Of a stretch of DNA of 64,000 bases, positions 9,821 through 18,722 are shown one piece after another. The first letter of the stretch is position 1. Each line of letters starts with the position of its first letter. A program made the position numbers and the translations under genes. Source of the stretch: Candidatus Limnocylindria bacterium (GTDB lineage: Bacteria > Chloroflexota > Limnocylindria > P2-11E); assembly GCA_036000705.1 (NCBI GenBank), contig DASYUY010000125.1:1048-65047 (forward strand), read 5' to 3'. The notes beneath the pieces are model-generated. The model worked only from the letters and a program-made list of their open reading frames with translations, made no database searches and had not been told where the DNA came from.

Positions 9821-10386
9821 GCGGGACGGATCGCGACACCGTCGCGGGATATCCCGAAGTCATCGTCGTTCTCGGCGGTGGGATGCAGCCGGATGGAACG
9901 CCCGCACGGGCGACCTCGGCACGCGGCAGTACCGCGGCCGAGCTCGCGCGACTGCATCCGCGCGCGGCGATCATCTGTTCGGGAAGCCACGGTGTCGGCC
10001 GGAAGCCGCGACGGAGCGAGGCCGCCTCGATGGCCGATCTCATCGTCAGCGCAGGCATCGACCGCGAACGGATCTTCCTCGAGGACGAGTCGCGTGACAC
10101 GATCGGCAACGCGGTGCACGTCGCCGATCGTTACCTCGGCGCGATCCCGCCGCGGGCGGTTTACATCGTCACGTCGCCGTTCCACCTCGAGCGCTCGGTC
10201 GAGACGTTCCGGCTCGTTCTCGGTCCGTCGTGGCGCATCGAAGGCGTCCCCAGCGCGCCGGCGCCGGACGACGCGGATCGCGCCAAGCACGAAGGGCGGT
10301 TCCTGCAGCAGACACGCGAATTCCTCGCCGGGATGAGTCCCGGCGAGGTCTCGCGAATGAGCGCGAAGTTGCGCGAGCGCCGCTAG
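9817..10386 (+). CDS. YdcF/ElyC-like DUF218 protein
   Basis: GTG at 9817 overlaps the upstream TGA. 'VIVVLGGG', 'SEAASMADL', 'EDESRDTIGNA' and 'VTSPFHLERS' follow the DUF218 pattern. Confidence 0.72.
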   Translation: MSGTDRDTVAGYPEVIVVLGGGMQPDGTPARATSARGSTAAELARLHPRAAIICSGSHGVGRKPRRSEAASMADLIVSAGIDRERIFLEDESRDTIGNAVHVADRYLGAIPPRAVYIVTSPFHLERSVETFRLVLGPSWRIEGVPSAPAPDDADRAKHEGRFLQQTREFLAGMSPGEVSRMSAKLRERR

Positions 10387-10398
10387 TCGCCCGGAGCG

Positions 10399-10947
10399 TT
10401 AGGCCGCCAGCCCCATCGCCTTCGCGCTGGCGGCGTCGATGGCCTCGAGGCCGACATCGATCTTCACCTTGTCGCCGACGAGCACGCCGCTGGGGACCGG
10501 CTGGTTCCACACCAGGCCGAAGTCCTTCCGGTCGATGGTGCTCGTCGCGGAGGCGCCCAGATGCCGGCCGCCCTTGCCGTCGACGCCGATGCCTTCCAGC
10601 TCGACGTCGAAGGTGACCGGGCGCGTGACGCCGCGGATCGTCAGGTCGCCACTGACGGCGAACTTGTTCTCCCCCTTCGGGAAGACCGCCGAGCTCTTGA
10701 ACACGATCTCCGGGTACGTCTCCGCGTCGAAGAAGTCTGCCGAACGAAGGTGTCCGTCGCGGCGCGCGTCGCCGGTGTCGATCGCCGTCACGTCAGCTCC
10801 GATCTCGAAGCTGGCGCGGCGCGGGTTCTCCGGGTCGATGTCAATCTCGCCGCGCAGCTTGCCGAGCCGCCCGCGCACCGTGCTGACCATCATGTGCTTG
10901 ACGGAGAAGGTCGCCTGTGTGTGATGGGGGTCGATGTACCAGATCAT
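10399..10947 (-). CDS. YceI-family protein
   Basis: 'YIDPHHTQATFSVKHMMVSTVRG.F' and 'IDTGDARRDGHLRSADFFDAETYPEIVF' are classic YceI motifs. The ATG at 10947 is preceded by GGAAGAGG. Confidence 0.85.
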   Translation of the reverse strand: MIWYIDPHHTQATFSVKHMMVSTVRGRLGKLRGEIDIDPENPRRASFEIGADVTAIDTGDARRDGHLRSADFFDAETYPEIVFKSSAVFPKGENKFAVSGDLTIRGVTRPVTFDVELEGIGVDGKGGRHLGASATSTIDRKDFGLVWNQPVPSGVLVGDKVKIDVGLEAIDAASAKAMGLAA

Positions 10948-10988
10948 CTGTGTATTGCCTCTTCCTTGACGCTCCCTCGAGCGCCGGG

Positions 10989-11015
10989 TAGTTGATGCTA
11001 CAATCAACTAGTTGA
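10989..11015. promoter_or_regulatory. Putative MarR operator overlapping a -10-like box
   Basis: TAGTTGAT-N6-ATCAACTA (10989-11010) overlaps the perfect 12-bp palindrome TCAACTAGTTGA (11004-11015), giving three AGTTGA half-sites. TACAAT at 10999-11004 ends 7 nt before the TTG at 11012. Confidence 0.55.
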
Positions 11016-11494
11016 CTACGCAATCTATTCCAAAGCAGCGACAGAAACGCCGCCTCAAGCCCGATGAGCTACGCGCCTGGCTGGCGTTCATCCGCGCCGG
11101 CCTGTACAGCCTTCGGGCGATGGACCGCGACGCCGAGGCCAGCGGGCGTCCGCCTTTCTCCGAGCACCACATCCTTGCGACGCTGGACGGCGGGCCGCCC
11201 GAGGGAATCCGACCGACAGACCTCGCGGAGCGGGCGGCCCTGACGAAGAGCGGCCTCACTCGCGCCATCGACCGTCTCGAGTCGCAGGGTCTCATCGCGC
11301 GGCGCCCCTGCCCCACCGACGCGCGCGGCCAGCTCATCGTGCTGAGCGCGCAGGGCCGGCGCGTGCTCCGGCGTTCCGCCCCCGAGCATTTCCGCTCGAT
11401 CGCGCGCAACTTCGCCGACCATCTGACGGATCGTGAGACCCCGGTCGTGACGGCCGCGCTCGAGCGGGTCGCCGACGCCGCGGCCCGCCGCTGA
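11012..11494 (+). CDS. MarR-family transcriptional regulator
   Basis: 160 aa. Winged-helix core 'IRPTDLAERAALTKSGLTRAIDRLESQGLIARRPCPTDARGQLIVLS..GR'. The TTG start is uncertain and possibly leaderless. Confidence 0.82.
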   Translation: MTTQSIPKQRQKRRLKPDELRAWLAFIRAGLYSLRAMDRDAEASGRPPFSEHHILATLDGGPPEGIRPTDLAERAALTKSGLTRAIDRLESQGLIARRPCPTDARGQLIVLSAQGRRVLRRSAPEHFRSIARNFADHLTDRETPVVTAALERVADAAARR

Positions 11495-11546
11495 GCAAGG
11501 CGTCGCCGATGTGGCTCCTGACCGAAACGGTCGGGAGGCACAGACT

Positions 11547-11840
11547 GTGAACGCCATCGTCCTCGCGGTATCCCAGGAGAACGCGGACGCGCTCCTCGAC
11601 GGCAAGCGGACCGCGGATCATCGCGTTCTGCCGCCGACGCGACTGCCGGCGCGCGCTTATCTCGCGGTCGTCGGCACCGGAGCGGTCGTCGGCGAGTGCG
11701 TGCTCGGCGAGCGCGCCGGGCGCACCGCCAAGGGCTGGACGCTTCCGGTCAGCAAGCCGCGCCGGTACCGGAAGGCGCGGCCGCTCGCCGACTTCGGTCT
11801 GGCGAAGACCCCGCGCAGTTTCAGATATGTGGCGAAATGA
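11547..11840 (+). CDS. ASCH-like (PUA-fold) small protein, tentative
   Basis: GTG at 11547 lies 8 nt after GGGAGG. 'AIVLAVSQENADALLDGKRTADHR' resembles the ASCH N-terminal motif and the C-terminus ends in 'PRSFRYV'. The call rests on pattern recognition only. Confidence 0.5.
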   Translation: MNAIVLAVSQENADALLDGKRTADHRVLPPTRLPARAYLAVVGTGAVVGECVLGERAGRTAKGWTLPVSKPRRYRKARPLADFGLAKTPRSFRYVAK

Positions 11841-11846
11841 CCGGGC

Positions 11847-12179
11847 CTAGTTCGCGGGCTTCCACGCGAAGGTGACATGCGTGATGAGCTGGCCGTCGGT
11901 CTCGAAGGTCCAGGTCGTGTAGTTCGCGAAATGCCCCGGCGCGCGTGTCAGCCCGCGCAGGATCACCGTGGTCCCATCGATCTGCTGCTCGCGAACGCGC
12001 CGGATGAACGGGGGCGCGATGCGCACGAGGCGCCGTGCACCGTCACGGCCCTCCAGCTGCGGGTCGCCGCCGGGCAGCTCGATCTGCACGTTTTCTGCAC
12101 AGACGGCCGCGGCACGCTCAGGGTCGCGCGCCTCGAGCGCGTCCATGAAGGTCTTGGCGGCTTCCAACGGATCGGGCAT
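11847..12179 (-). CDS. NTF2/SnoaL-like small protein
   Basis: 110 aa. 'AKTFMDALEARDPERAAAVCAENVQIELPG' is typical of SnoaL-like folds. Confidence 0.62.
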   Translation of the reverse strand: MPDPLEAAKTFMDALEARDPERAAAVCAENVQIELPGGDPQLEGRDGARRLVRIAPPFIRRVREQQIDGTTVILRGLTRAPGHFANYTTWTFETDGQLITHVTFAWKPAN

Positions 12180-12198
12180 TAGGAGGATTATTCAGGAC

Positions 12199-14388
12199 GT
12201 GCGGCAACTGCGCGGGCTTCTGCCGTATGCCCTGGTCGCCGCGCTGGTCGTTGTCGCCTCGGTCGTCGCGATCGTGGTCTCGACCAGCGCCGCTCCCGCT
12301 GGCCCGAACGCCGGCGCTTCGGCCTCTCCCACCGGCGCCGCGAGCGCTACGCGACAGGCCGTCACGGATCTCTCGGCGAACGGCCGGCTCGCGTACTGGC
12401 GCGCCGAGCCCAACGGCGATCATCTCCTGTGGCTCGCGAACGTCGACAACTCCCGGCGCCGGTCGGTCGCGAAGACCGACGCGCCGAACACGATCACGAA
12501 GACGAAATGGTCCGTCGACGGTAACGCGATCGCGTACGTCGAGAGCGGGATCCGCCTGGTCGTCGTGCGCCTCGACGGCGGCACGAGCTCGTACACGCTC
12601 GCACCCGAGCTGCGGACCGACAACTACAAGATCGTCGATCACCGCTTCTCGCCGAGCGGCGCGCGCATCGCCGCGACCGTGCAGCGTCAGACAGGCAGCC
12701 AGAGCGATGTCTACGTCGCCGCGACGAACGGCTCGTGGACGCGCATCACGACGGTCGAGGACGCGATCGCTGCCGACTGGCTCGACGAGGACGAGCTGCT
12801 GGTGCAGACGACCGGCGGGGTGATCTCGGCTGTGCGCGCGAGCGGGACGAATCAGTTCCGACCACTCACAGGCCTGCAAGCGTCGTCACCGGTCATCGGG
12901 AGTGACGGCCGTATCCATTTCCTCGCCGGACGCGTCACGCCTTTCGCGGGAGCGACGGAGACGTTCGTGTTCGCGGCGGCCGCGAACGTCTGGAGCATGA
13001 CCGCGGACGGCACCGACGTGCGCCGCGAACTCATGCCGCCCGATCAGGACAGCCTGCGTCTCGACGGCACCTGGCCAGGCGGATACCTGTATCACCGCAG
13101 CACGAACCCGGCGCAGCTCGTGATCGGTTCGATCCCGATCCTCCTGCCTTCGAGCGCGGGACTCATCGAGCGCATCACGGTGTCGCCCGACAAGCGTTTC
13201 GCGATGGGCTTCGCCGGCACGACGGTCGTTCGCGTCGACCTCACGCCGACGGGCCTGGCGCCGAGCGCGGTGCTGCTCCTCGGCTCGATCGACGGCGGCG
13301 ACGTCTGGTTCCCGCGCACGGCTGCCCTCGCGAAGGCCGCGCCGACGCCGCGCGCCGACGCGCCTGCGGTGCGGTACACGTTCGCCCTGGGGGGCAACGT
13401 CTGGGCGATGGGACCCGACGGCGTGCCCTCGCTGCTGCGCGCCGGCGCGAGCAACTCGCAGACGCAGCGGCGGTTCATCATTCCGCCACCGCAGTGGTCC
13501 CCGGCGGGCGACCGCGTCCTGACCGTCGAGACCTTCGGCACGGTGTCCGCGCTCCAGCTGATCCCCGTCACGATCGACCGTACCGGCAAGGTCACGCGGC
13601 TCACGGCGCTCACGTCCGTCGCGCCGACGGTCGCGTGGTCACCCGACGGTGCGTCGATCGCGGCGGTGGCGTTGCCCGGGTCGCCGCAGGACCCGTCGAT
13701 CCTGCAGAGCGAGCTCAGCGTTCGAGTCATGAGCGTCGAGGGCGTGGTCGGTCAATCCATCCCTGGCCGCGAGGTCGCCTGGACGAGATCGGGCATGTTC
13801 GTGCTGACGAACGGCACGATCCGCGCGAGCGACCGTGCGCGTGACGAGCAGGCCATCGAGCTGTGGACCGGCACGCAGAAGCGCACGGTCACGACGGTGG
13901 CCCGGATCATCGGCGATCCACGCGCGCAGTCGCCCTCCGCGACGAAGGGGATCACGTCGGTGAGCAACGTGACCGCCGCGGCGGACGGAACCCACGCCGC
14001 GGTGCGTGTCGCGTTCCTCGGCACGACCGCGACGCCGTTCCTGGTGCTGATACGTACGGCCGACGGTGCTGCGGCGCAGTACATCCTCGCCGATCGCGTC
14101 GGCGACGAGGTCTGGTCGCCGGCACGCTCGCTCATCGGTTACACGCTGACCTCCGGTGGCCAGGGCATTCCCGGAACGCCCACCGAGCCGAAGCCGGTCG
14201 CGACGATCCGCGACGCCGTGAACGGCGCGGTCCTCGCGGAGGTCGATGGTCGCTTCGCGGGCTGGTCGCCCGACGGCGCGTGGTTCTACGTCGCGACGAG
14301 CGGCGGCCTCTACGTGCGGCCGCTCGCCGGCGGCGCCCTTGCGCGCGTGAGCGGTATTGGCGTGCCGGTCAGCATCACGAAGCCCTAG
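12199..14388 (+). CDS. Membrane-anchored TolB-like (PD40/WD40-like) beta-propeller repeat protein
   Basis: GTG at 12199 lies downstream of AGGAGG (12181-12186). N-terminal TM 'ALVAALVVVASVVAIVV'. Repeated 'WS(P/V)DG..IA' motifs occur (WSVDGNAIAY, FSPSGARIAA, WSPAGDRVL, WSPDGASIAA, WSPDGAWFYV). Confidence 0.8.
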   Translation: MRQLRGLLPYALVAALVVVASVVAIVVSTSAAPAGPNAGASASPTGAASATRQAVTDLSANGRLAYWRAEPNGDHLLWLANVDNSRRRSVAKTDAPNTITKTKWSVDGNAIAYVESGIRLVVVRLDGGTSSYTLAPELRTDNYKIVDHRFSPSGARIAATVQRQTGSQSDVYVAATNGSWTRITTVEDAIAADWLDEDELLVQTTGGVISAVRASGTNQFRPLTGLQASSPVIGSDGRIHFLAGRVTPFAGATETFVFAAAANVWSMTADGTDVRRELMPPDQDSLRLDGTWPGGYLYHRSTNPAQLVIGSIPILLPSSAGLIERITVSPDKRFAMGFAGTTVVRVDLTPTGLAPSAVLLLGSIDGGDVWFPRTAALAKAAPTPRADAPAVRYTFALGGNVWAMGPDGVPSLLRAGASNSQTQRRFIIPPPQWSPAGDRVLTVETFGTVSALQLIPVTIDRTGKVTRLTALTSVAPTVAWSPDGASIAAVALPGSPQDPSILQSELSVRVMSVEGVVGQSIPGREVAWTRSGMFVLTNGTIRASDRARDEQAIELWTGTQKRTVTTVARIIGDPRAQSPSATKGITSVSNVTAAADGTHAAVRVAFLGTTATPFLVLIRTADGAAAQYILADRVGDEVWSPARSLIGYTLTSGGQGIPGTPTEPKPVATIRDAVNGAVLAEVDGRFAGWSPDGAWFYVATSGGLYVRPLAGGALARVSGIGVPVSITKP

Positions 14389-15130
14389 CGCCACCCGCCC
14401 TTCGGCGGAAGTCGAGGGCGCTTTCGGGCTCATCGGTGCAGATCCACGGTAGGTCGAGGGCGACAGCCAGCTCGCGGGATCGTTCGTCGTTCACGCCATG
14501 CGCGTGCACGTTGACGCCGCCCGCGCGGATCGTTGCGACGACCTCCTCGTTAATTTGCACGGGATGAAGATGTACCGCCTGCGCCTGCGCGAGGCGCGCA
14601 CGCTGGAGCGCGGCATGCGCCACGACGTCGGAGCGCATCCACGCTTCCGATGGCGGCAAGAGCAGCGCGATGTCGTGATCGCGGCACACGGCGCGCACGG
14701 TCGTGAGCAGCGCAGGCTCGAAGGACGTGATCTCGATCCGGTCCCAGTGGGATCGGACGGACGAGAGGAGCTTCGCCACGCTGGCTGCCGCCTCGGGCTC
14801 CGGGCCTTTCAGCTCGATCTCGAGACCGAGACGACCGGCGAAGCGGTCAAGGACCTCTTCGAGCATCGGGATGCGATGGTCGACGCCGCGGTCGCGATCC
14901 ACGACGCGCAGAGACTCGAGATCCCCAGCGGTGTGAGCGAAGATCGGACCTGCGCCTGTCGTGAAGCCGTCGAGGTAGTAATAGTGGTAGACGGCGAGCC
15001 GACGATCACTCGTCAAGCGGACGTCGAGCTCGACAGCGTCGACACCGAGCAGAGCGGCTCGCGCGAACGCGGCCATCGTGTTCTCAGGCGCCGCGGCGGT
15101 CACGCCGCGATGGGCGACGATGCGGAACAT
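14375..15130 (-). CDS. Glycerophosphodiester phosphodiesterase family protein
   Basis: 'IVAHRGVTAAAPENTMAAF..A...GVDAVELDVRLTSD' matches the GDPD N-terminal active-site motif. There is a 14-nt convergent overlap with the propeller gene. Confidence 0.85.
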   Translation of the reverse strand: MFRIVAHRGVTAAAPENTMAAFARAALLGVDAVELDVRLTSDRRLAVYHYYYLDGFTTGAGPIFAHTAGDLESLRVVDRDRGVDHRIPMLEEVLDRFAGRLGLEIELKGPEPEAAASVAKLLSSVRSHWDRIEITSFEPALLTTVRAVCRDHDIALLLPPSEAWMRSDVVAHAALQRARLAQAQAVHLHPVQINEEVVATIRAGGVNVHAHGVNDERSRELAVALDLPWICTDEPESALDFRRRAGGARAS

Positions 15131-15173
15131 CGCTGCAGGCTACTTCGCTGTGGAACGCCGATACTCCGACGCG

Positions 15174-16058
15174 ATGCAGGTCGGCGCGGTGTTCCCGCAG
15201 CTCGAGATCGGCAGCGATCCCGACACGATCGCAACGTACGCCCGCACGGTCGAGGAGCTCGGATACGACCACCTGGTGGTCTTCGATCACGTCCTCGGCG
15301 CGGATCGCGACCGGCCGGGCGGATGGACCGGCGTCTATGACCACCGGTCGATGTTCCACGAGCCATTCGTGCTCTATGGCTACCTCGCCGCGATCACGAC
15401 CCGCCTCCGCCTCGCGACCGCCATCATCGTGCTGCCGCAGCGAGAAACGGCGCTCGTCGCGAAGCAGGCCGCTGAGGTTGACGTCCTGTCGCGTGGACGG
15501 CTCATCCTCGGTGTCGGCATCGGCTGGAACGAGGTCGAGTACGAGGCGCTCGGGATGAACTTCAGGGACCGGGGCCGGCGCATCGAAGAACAGATCGCGG
15601 TCCTGCGTGCGCTGTGGACGCGGGAGGTCGTCGAGTTCAAGGGCCGCTGGCACCGCATCGATCGCGCCGGGCTCAACCCGCTGCCGGTGCAGCGACCGAT
15701 CCCGGTCTGGATGGGCGGAGGCTGGGACCGCCAGAAGCGAGCGATCGTCGAACCCGCGCTCCGCCGCATCGCGCGGATCGCCGACGGCTGGTTCACACAC
15801 CTGCCCGCGAACGAAGACGGTCGCGCCGGAATGGAAGTCTTCCATCGCTTGCTCAAAGAAGAAGAACGCGATCCGGCGACGATGCCCGTCGAGGGACGCC
15901 TTCCGGCGGCGAAGAGCGGCCCAGAGGAGTGGCAACGCGGGATCGACGCCTTCCGCGCCATGGGGATGACGAGCGTCGAGCTCAACACGATGGGTGCCGG
16001 CTACCGCTCGTTGGACGAGCACCTTGACGCGCTGCGTCAGTTCCGGACGCTGGCCTGA
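15174..16058 (+). CDS. LLM-class (luciferase-like), probably F420-dependent oxidoreductase
   Basis: ATG at 15174. 'MQVGAVFPQLEIGSDPDTIATYARTVEELGYDHLVVFDHVLG' and 'RLILGVGIGWNEVEYEALG' are typical of the F420-dependent LLM subgroup. Confidence 0.8.
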   Translation: MQVGAVFPQLEIGSDPDTIATYARTVEELGYDHLVVFDHVLGADRDRPGGWTGVYDHRSMFHEPFVLYGYLAAITTRLRLATAIIVLPQRETALVAKQAAEVDVLSRGRLILGVGIGWNEVEYEALGMNFRDRGRRIEEQIAVLRALWTREVVEFKGRWHRIDRAGLNPLPVQRPIPVWMGGGWDRQKRAIVEPALRRIARIADGWFTHLPANEDGRAGMEVFHRLLKEEERDPATMPVEGRLPAAKSGPEEWQRGIDAFRAMGMTSVELNTMGAGYRSLDEHLDALRQFRTLA

Positions 16059-16062
16059 GCGG

Positions 16063-16557
16063 ATGGCAAAGGTGATCGCGGGGATGACGACATCGCTCGA
16101 TGGATTCGTCGCTGACGGAACTGGCAGCGTCGACCGCCTCTACCCGGATCTGGAATGGCTTCACGGCACGGCGTACATGAGGGAGATGATCGAGAGCACC
16201 GGCGCGGTCCAGGCGCCGATCTTCGTGCTCACCCATCGGCCACCACCCCGGGTCGCGCCGAAGCAGGACGAGCATCTGACATTCACATTCGTCACGGACG
16301 GCGTGGGGTCGGCGGTCGCGAAGGCGAAGGCCGCCGCTGGTGACAAGGCGGTCCAGGTCATCGGCGGCGCGAGCGTGGTCCGACAGCTTTTGCTGGCCGG
16401 TCTGGTCGACGAGCTCCACGTCGACGTTATGCCGGTGCTGCTTGGCGCCGGGCTGCGACTCTTCGAAGACCAGGGCGTCGCTGGCATGCAGCCGGAGCGG
16501 ATCAGCGTGCTGGAAGTCGGTGCGCGGACGAGCCTCAGATTCCGCGTCCCGAGATAA
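16063..16557 (+). CDS. Dihydrofolate-reductase-like (RibD C-terminal domain) family protein
   Basis: 'VIAGMTTSLDGFVADGTGSVD' and 'VIGGASVVRQLLLAGLVDELHVDVMPVLLGAG.RLF'. At 164 aa it is shorter than I expect for this family, with a possible gap after 'STGAV'. Confidence 0.72.
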   Translation: MAKVIAGMTTSLDGFVADGTGSVDRLYPDLEWLHGTAYMREMIESTGAVQAPIFVLTHRPPPRVAPKQDEHLTFTFVTDGVGSAVAKAKAAAGDKAVQVIGGASVVRQLLLAGLVDELHVDVMPVLLGAGLRLFEDQGVAGMQPERISVLEVGARTSLRFRVPR

Positions 16558-16571
16558 GGTCTGCGTCGCGG

Positions 16572-16874
16572 ATGGATGTGCAGCTCGAACGCGGCGTCGC
16601 TCCAGCGGCCGACCCGACCGCGACAGAGAGCCGGCTCCGCACCGAAGCGCGCGACGTCTACGGTTGGTCGAACGGGCCGGGCGACCGCTATGCCCAGCAC
16701 GTGCACGCCTACAACAAGCTCCTCTACTGCACGCGCGGCGCGATCGACTTCATCCTCGGCGACGGCCGCACGCTGACGCTACGGCCGGGCGATCGCATGT
16801 TGCTCCCCGCGGGCACGCCACACGCCGCGCTCGTTGGCCACGAAGGATGCGCCTGCGTCGAGGGCAAGGTCTAA
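16572..16874 (+). CDS. Cupin-domain protein
   Basis: 100 aa with 'HVHAYNKLLYCTRGAIDF' and 'GDRMLLPAGTPHAA' (cupin motifs 1 and 2). Confidence 0.7.
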   Translation: MDVQLERGVAPAADPTATESRLRTEARDVYGWSNGPGDRYAQHVHAYNKLLYCTRGAIDFILGDGRTLTLRPGDRMLLPAGTPHAALVGHEGCACVEGKV

Positions 16875-16884
16875 ACTCGCCGCG

Positions 16885-18081
16885 ATGCGCCCGCTCGCGC
16901 GCCGGATGGGGCGGCTCGGCACCGAGACAGCGTTCGAAGTCCTGGCGCGTGCGCGCGCGCTCGAGGCCAAAGGGCGCAGCATCATCCACCTCGAGATCGG
17001 CGAGCCCGACTTCGACTCGCCGCGGTCCGTCGTCGCCGCGGGCGTGGCGTCGCTCGAGCGCGGCGAGACCCACTACACGCCGTCCGCGGGCATCCCCGAG
17101 CTCCGCGAAGCCGTCGCGAACTACCTGAACCGAGCACGGGGCCTCGCGGTCGAGCCTGGGCAGGTGATCGTCACGCCAGGCGCGAAGCCGATCATGTTCT
17201 ATGCGATCCTCGCGCTCCTCGAGTCGGGCGACGAGGCCATCTATCCCGACCCCGGCTTCCCGATCTACGCCTCGATGATCTCGTTCGCGGGTGCGACCGG
17301 CGTGCCGCTCGCGCTGCGCGAAGAGAACGACTACGTCCCTGACCTCGACGAGCTGCGCCGGCTCATCACACCGCACACGAAACTGCTCATCCTCAACAGC
17401 CCGCACAACCCGACCGGCGGAGTGCTCTCTCCGGAAGCGATCCGCGAGATCGCGAAGATCGCACGCGAGCGCGACCTCTGGGTGCTGTCTGACGAGATCT
17501 ACGCCGAGATCATCTACGAGGGCCGGCACCGCTCGATCGTCGCCGAAGAAGGGATGGCCGAGAGGACGATCCTGCTCGATGGCTTCAGCAAGACGTTCGC
17601 GATGACCGGCTGGCGACTCGGCTACGGCGCCTTCCCGAAGCCGCTCGTCGATCCCGTCGCGAAGCTCGTCACGAACTCCGTCTCGTGCACCGCGACGTTC
17701 ACACAGCGCGCCGGCGTCGTCGCGATCTCACAGCGGCCGGCGGAGGTCGACACCATGCTCGCGGAGTTCCGCAGGCGCCGCGACACGATCGTGGCGGGGC
17801 TTGATCGCATCGAGGGCATCACCTGCCGCCTGCCGCACGGCGCGTTCTACGTCTTCCCCAACATCACCGGGCTCGGCCTCGGCGACGCCGCGACCGTCGC
17901 GAACCGCGTGCTGAACGAGGCCGGCGTCGCCACGCTCGCGGGGACCGCATTCGGACCGGTGGGCGAAGGCCACCTGCGCCTCTCGTACGCGAACTCGCTC
18001 GAGAATCTGAACCTGGCCGTTGACCGCATCCGAGACTGGGTGCGCTCGCAGCGTGCGGCGGCTCTACCTACCGGTCGGTAG
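16885..18081 (+). CDS. Pyridoxal-phosphate-dependent aminotransferase, class I (aspartate aminotransferase-like)
   Basis: ATG at 16885. 'IIHLEIGEPDFDSP', 'LILNSPHNPTGGV', 'SFSKTFAMTGWRLGY' (PLP lysine) and 'RLSYA'. Confidence 0.9.
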   Translation: MRPLARRMGRLGTETAFEVLARARALEAKGRSIIHLEIGEPDFDSPRSVVAAGVASLERGETHYTPSAGIPELREAVANYLNRARGLAVEPGQVIVTPGAKPIMFYAILALLESGDEAIYPDPGFPIYASMISFAGATGVPLALREENDYVPDLDELRRLITPHTKLLILNSPHNPTGGVLSPEAIREIAKIARERDLWVLSDEIYAEIIYEGRHRSIVAEEGMAERTILLDGFSKTFAMTGWRLGYGAFPKPLVDPVAKLVTNSVSCTATFTQRAGVVAISQRPAEVDTMLAEFRRRRDTIVAGLDRIEGITCRLPHGAFYVFPNITGLGLGDAATVANRVLNEAGVATLAGTAFGPVGEGHLRLSYANSLENLNLAVDRIRDWVRSQRAAALPTGR

Positions 18082-18083
18082 GC
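18063..18083. promoter_or_regulatory. 21-bp box TCTACCTACCGGTCGGTAGGC, copy 1 (contains palindrome CCTACCG-GT-CGGTAGG)
   Basis: Identical to the box at 18702-18722. It overlaps the last six codons and the stop of the aminotransferase and lies 26 nt beyond the tetR stop. Confidence 0.5.
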
Positions 18084-18108
18084 GCGCGGAGCGCAAAGAC
18101 GGGCGCTG

Positions 18109-18693
18109 TCAGACTCCGATCCCATCGACGATGAGACCGACGATGTCGGCCGCCAGCTGCTGCGGCTCGCGCCCACCGGGAAGCGGATCGCGACCGGTCC
18201 ACGGATCGAGGAGATTCAAGAGGGCCTGCGCCGCAAAGGCCGTGTCCATCTGACGCAGCTCTCCGGCATGCACGCCGTCGTCGAGGATCTGCTGCAGCGG
18301 CGCGAAGAAGTGGCGGAAGAAAGCGGCGCGCGCCTGGCTGTTCTGATCCACGGTGAGCGTGACCCCACCGTCGCGCAGCAACCGCGGTGCGCTGGCGCGC
18401 GCTTCGATCAAGTACGCCAGCGCGGAAATGAGCCGATCGCGGGCGCGGTTCCCGCGCTTGGCCGCCGTGCGCAACGCGCCGCCGTGTTCTTCCAGCACGC
18501 TGCAGACGACAGCCGTGAAGAGCGCGCTCTTGTCCGTGAAGTAGTAATAGACGGTCGGCTTCGTGACGGCGGCCTCGCGCGCGATGTCGTCGAGCGACGC
18601 GCCACGCACTCCGCGCTCGCCCCACAGACGGTCCGCCGCTTGTAGGACGCGCTCACGCGTCGACCCGGCTGCCTGACGCCGATGTGGCGGCAC
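18109..18693 (-). CDS. TetR/AcrR-family transcriptional regulator
   Basis: 'RERVLQAADRLWGERGVRGASLDDIAREAAVTKPTVYYYFTDKSALF' is a canonical TetR HTH. GTG start at 18693. Confidence 0.9.
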   Translation of the reverse strand: MPPHRRQAAGSTRERVLQAADRLWGERGVRGASLDDIAREAAVTKPTVYYYFTDKSALFTAVVCSVLEEHGGALRTAAKRGNRARDRLISALAYLIEARASAPRLLRDGGVTLTVDQNSQARAAFFRHFFAPLQQILDDGVHAGELRQMDTAFAAQALLNLLDPWTGRDPLPGGREPQQLAADIVGLIVDGIGV

Positions 18694-18701
18694 CGGATGA
18701 T

Positions 18702-18722
18702 TCTACCTACCGGTCGGTAGGC
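18702..18722. promoter_or_regulatory. 21-bp box TCTACCTACCGGTCGGTAGGC, copy 2; probable TetR operator
   Basis: Begins 8 nt upstream of the tetR GTG. Inverted repeat with 7-bp arms and a 2-nt spacer, an operator-like geometry. Confidence 0.6.

Noticed and set aside
12199-14388. The TolB-like propeller protein as part of a Tol-Pal system.
   Set aside because: No tolQ/R/A or pal genes are adjacent, and the protein is TM-anchored and much larger than TolB. It is more likely a generic PD40-repeat envelope protein.
18063-18722. The 21-bp boxes as terminal repeats of a MITE or IS element.
   Set aside because: There is no transposase. The repeats are direct and each is internally palindromic, like an operator. 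I cannot fully exclude an old insertion scar, so this is kept as an alternative in the finding.
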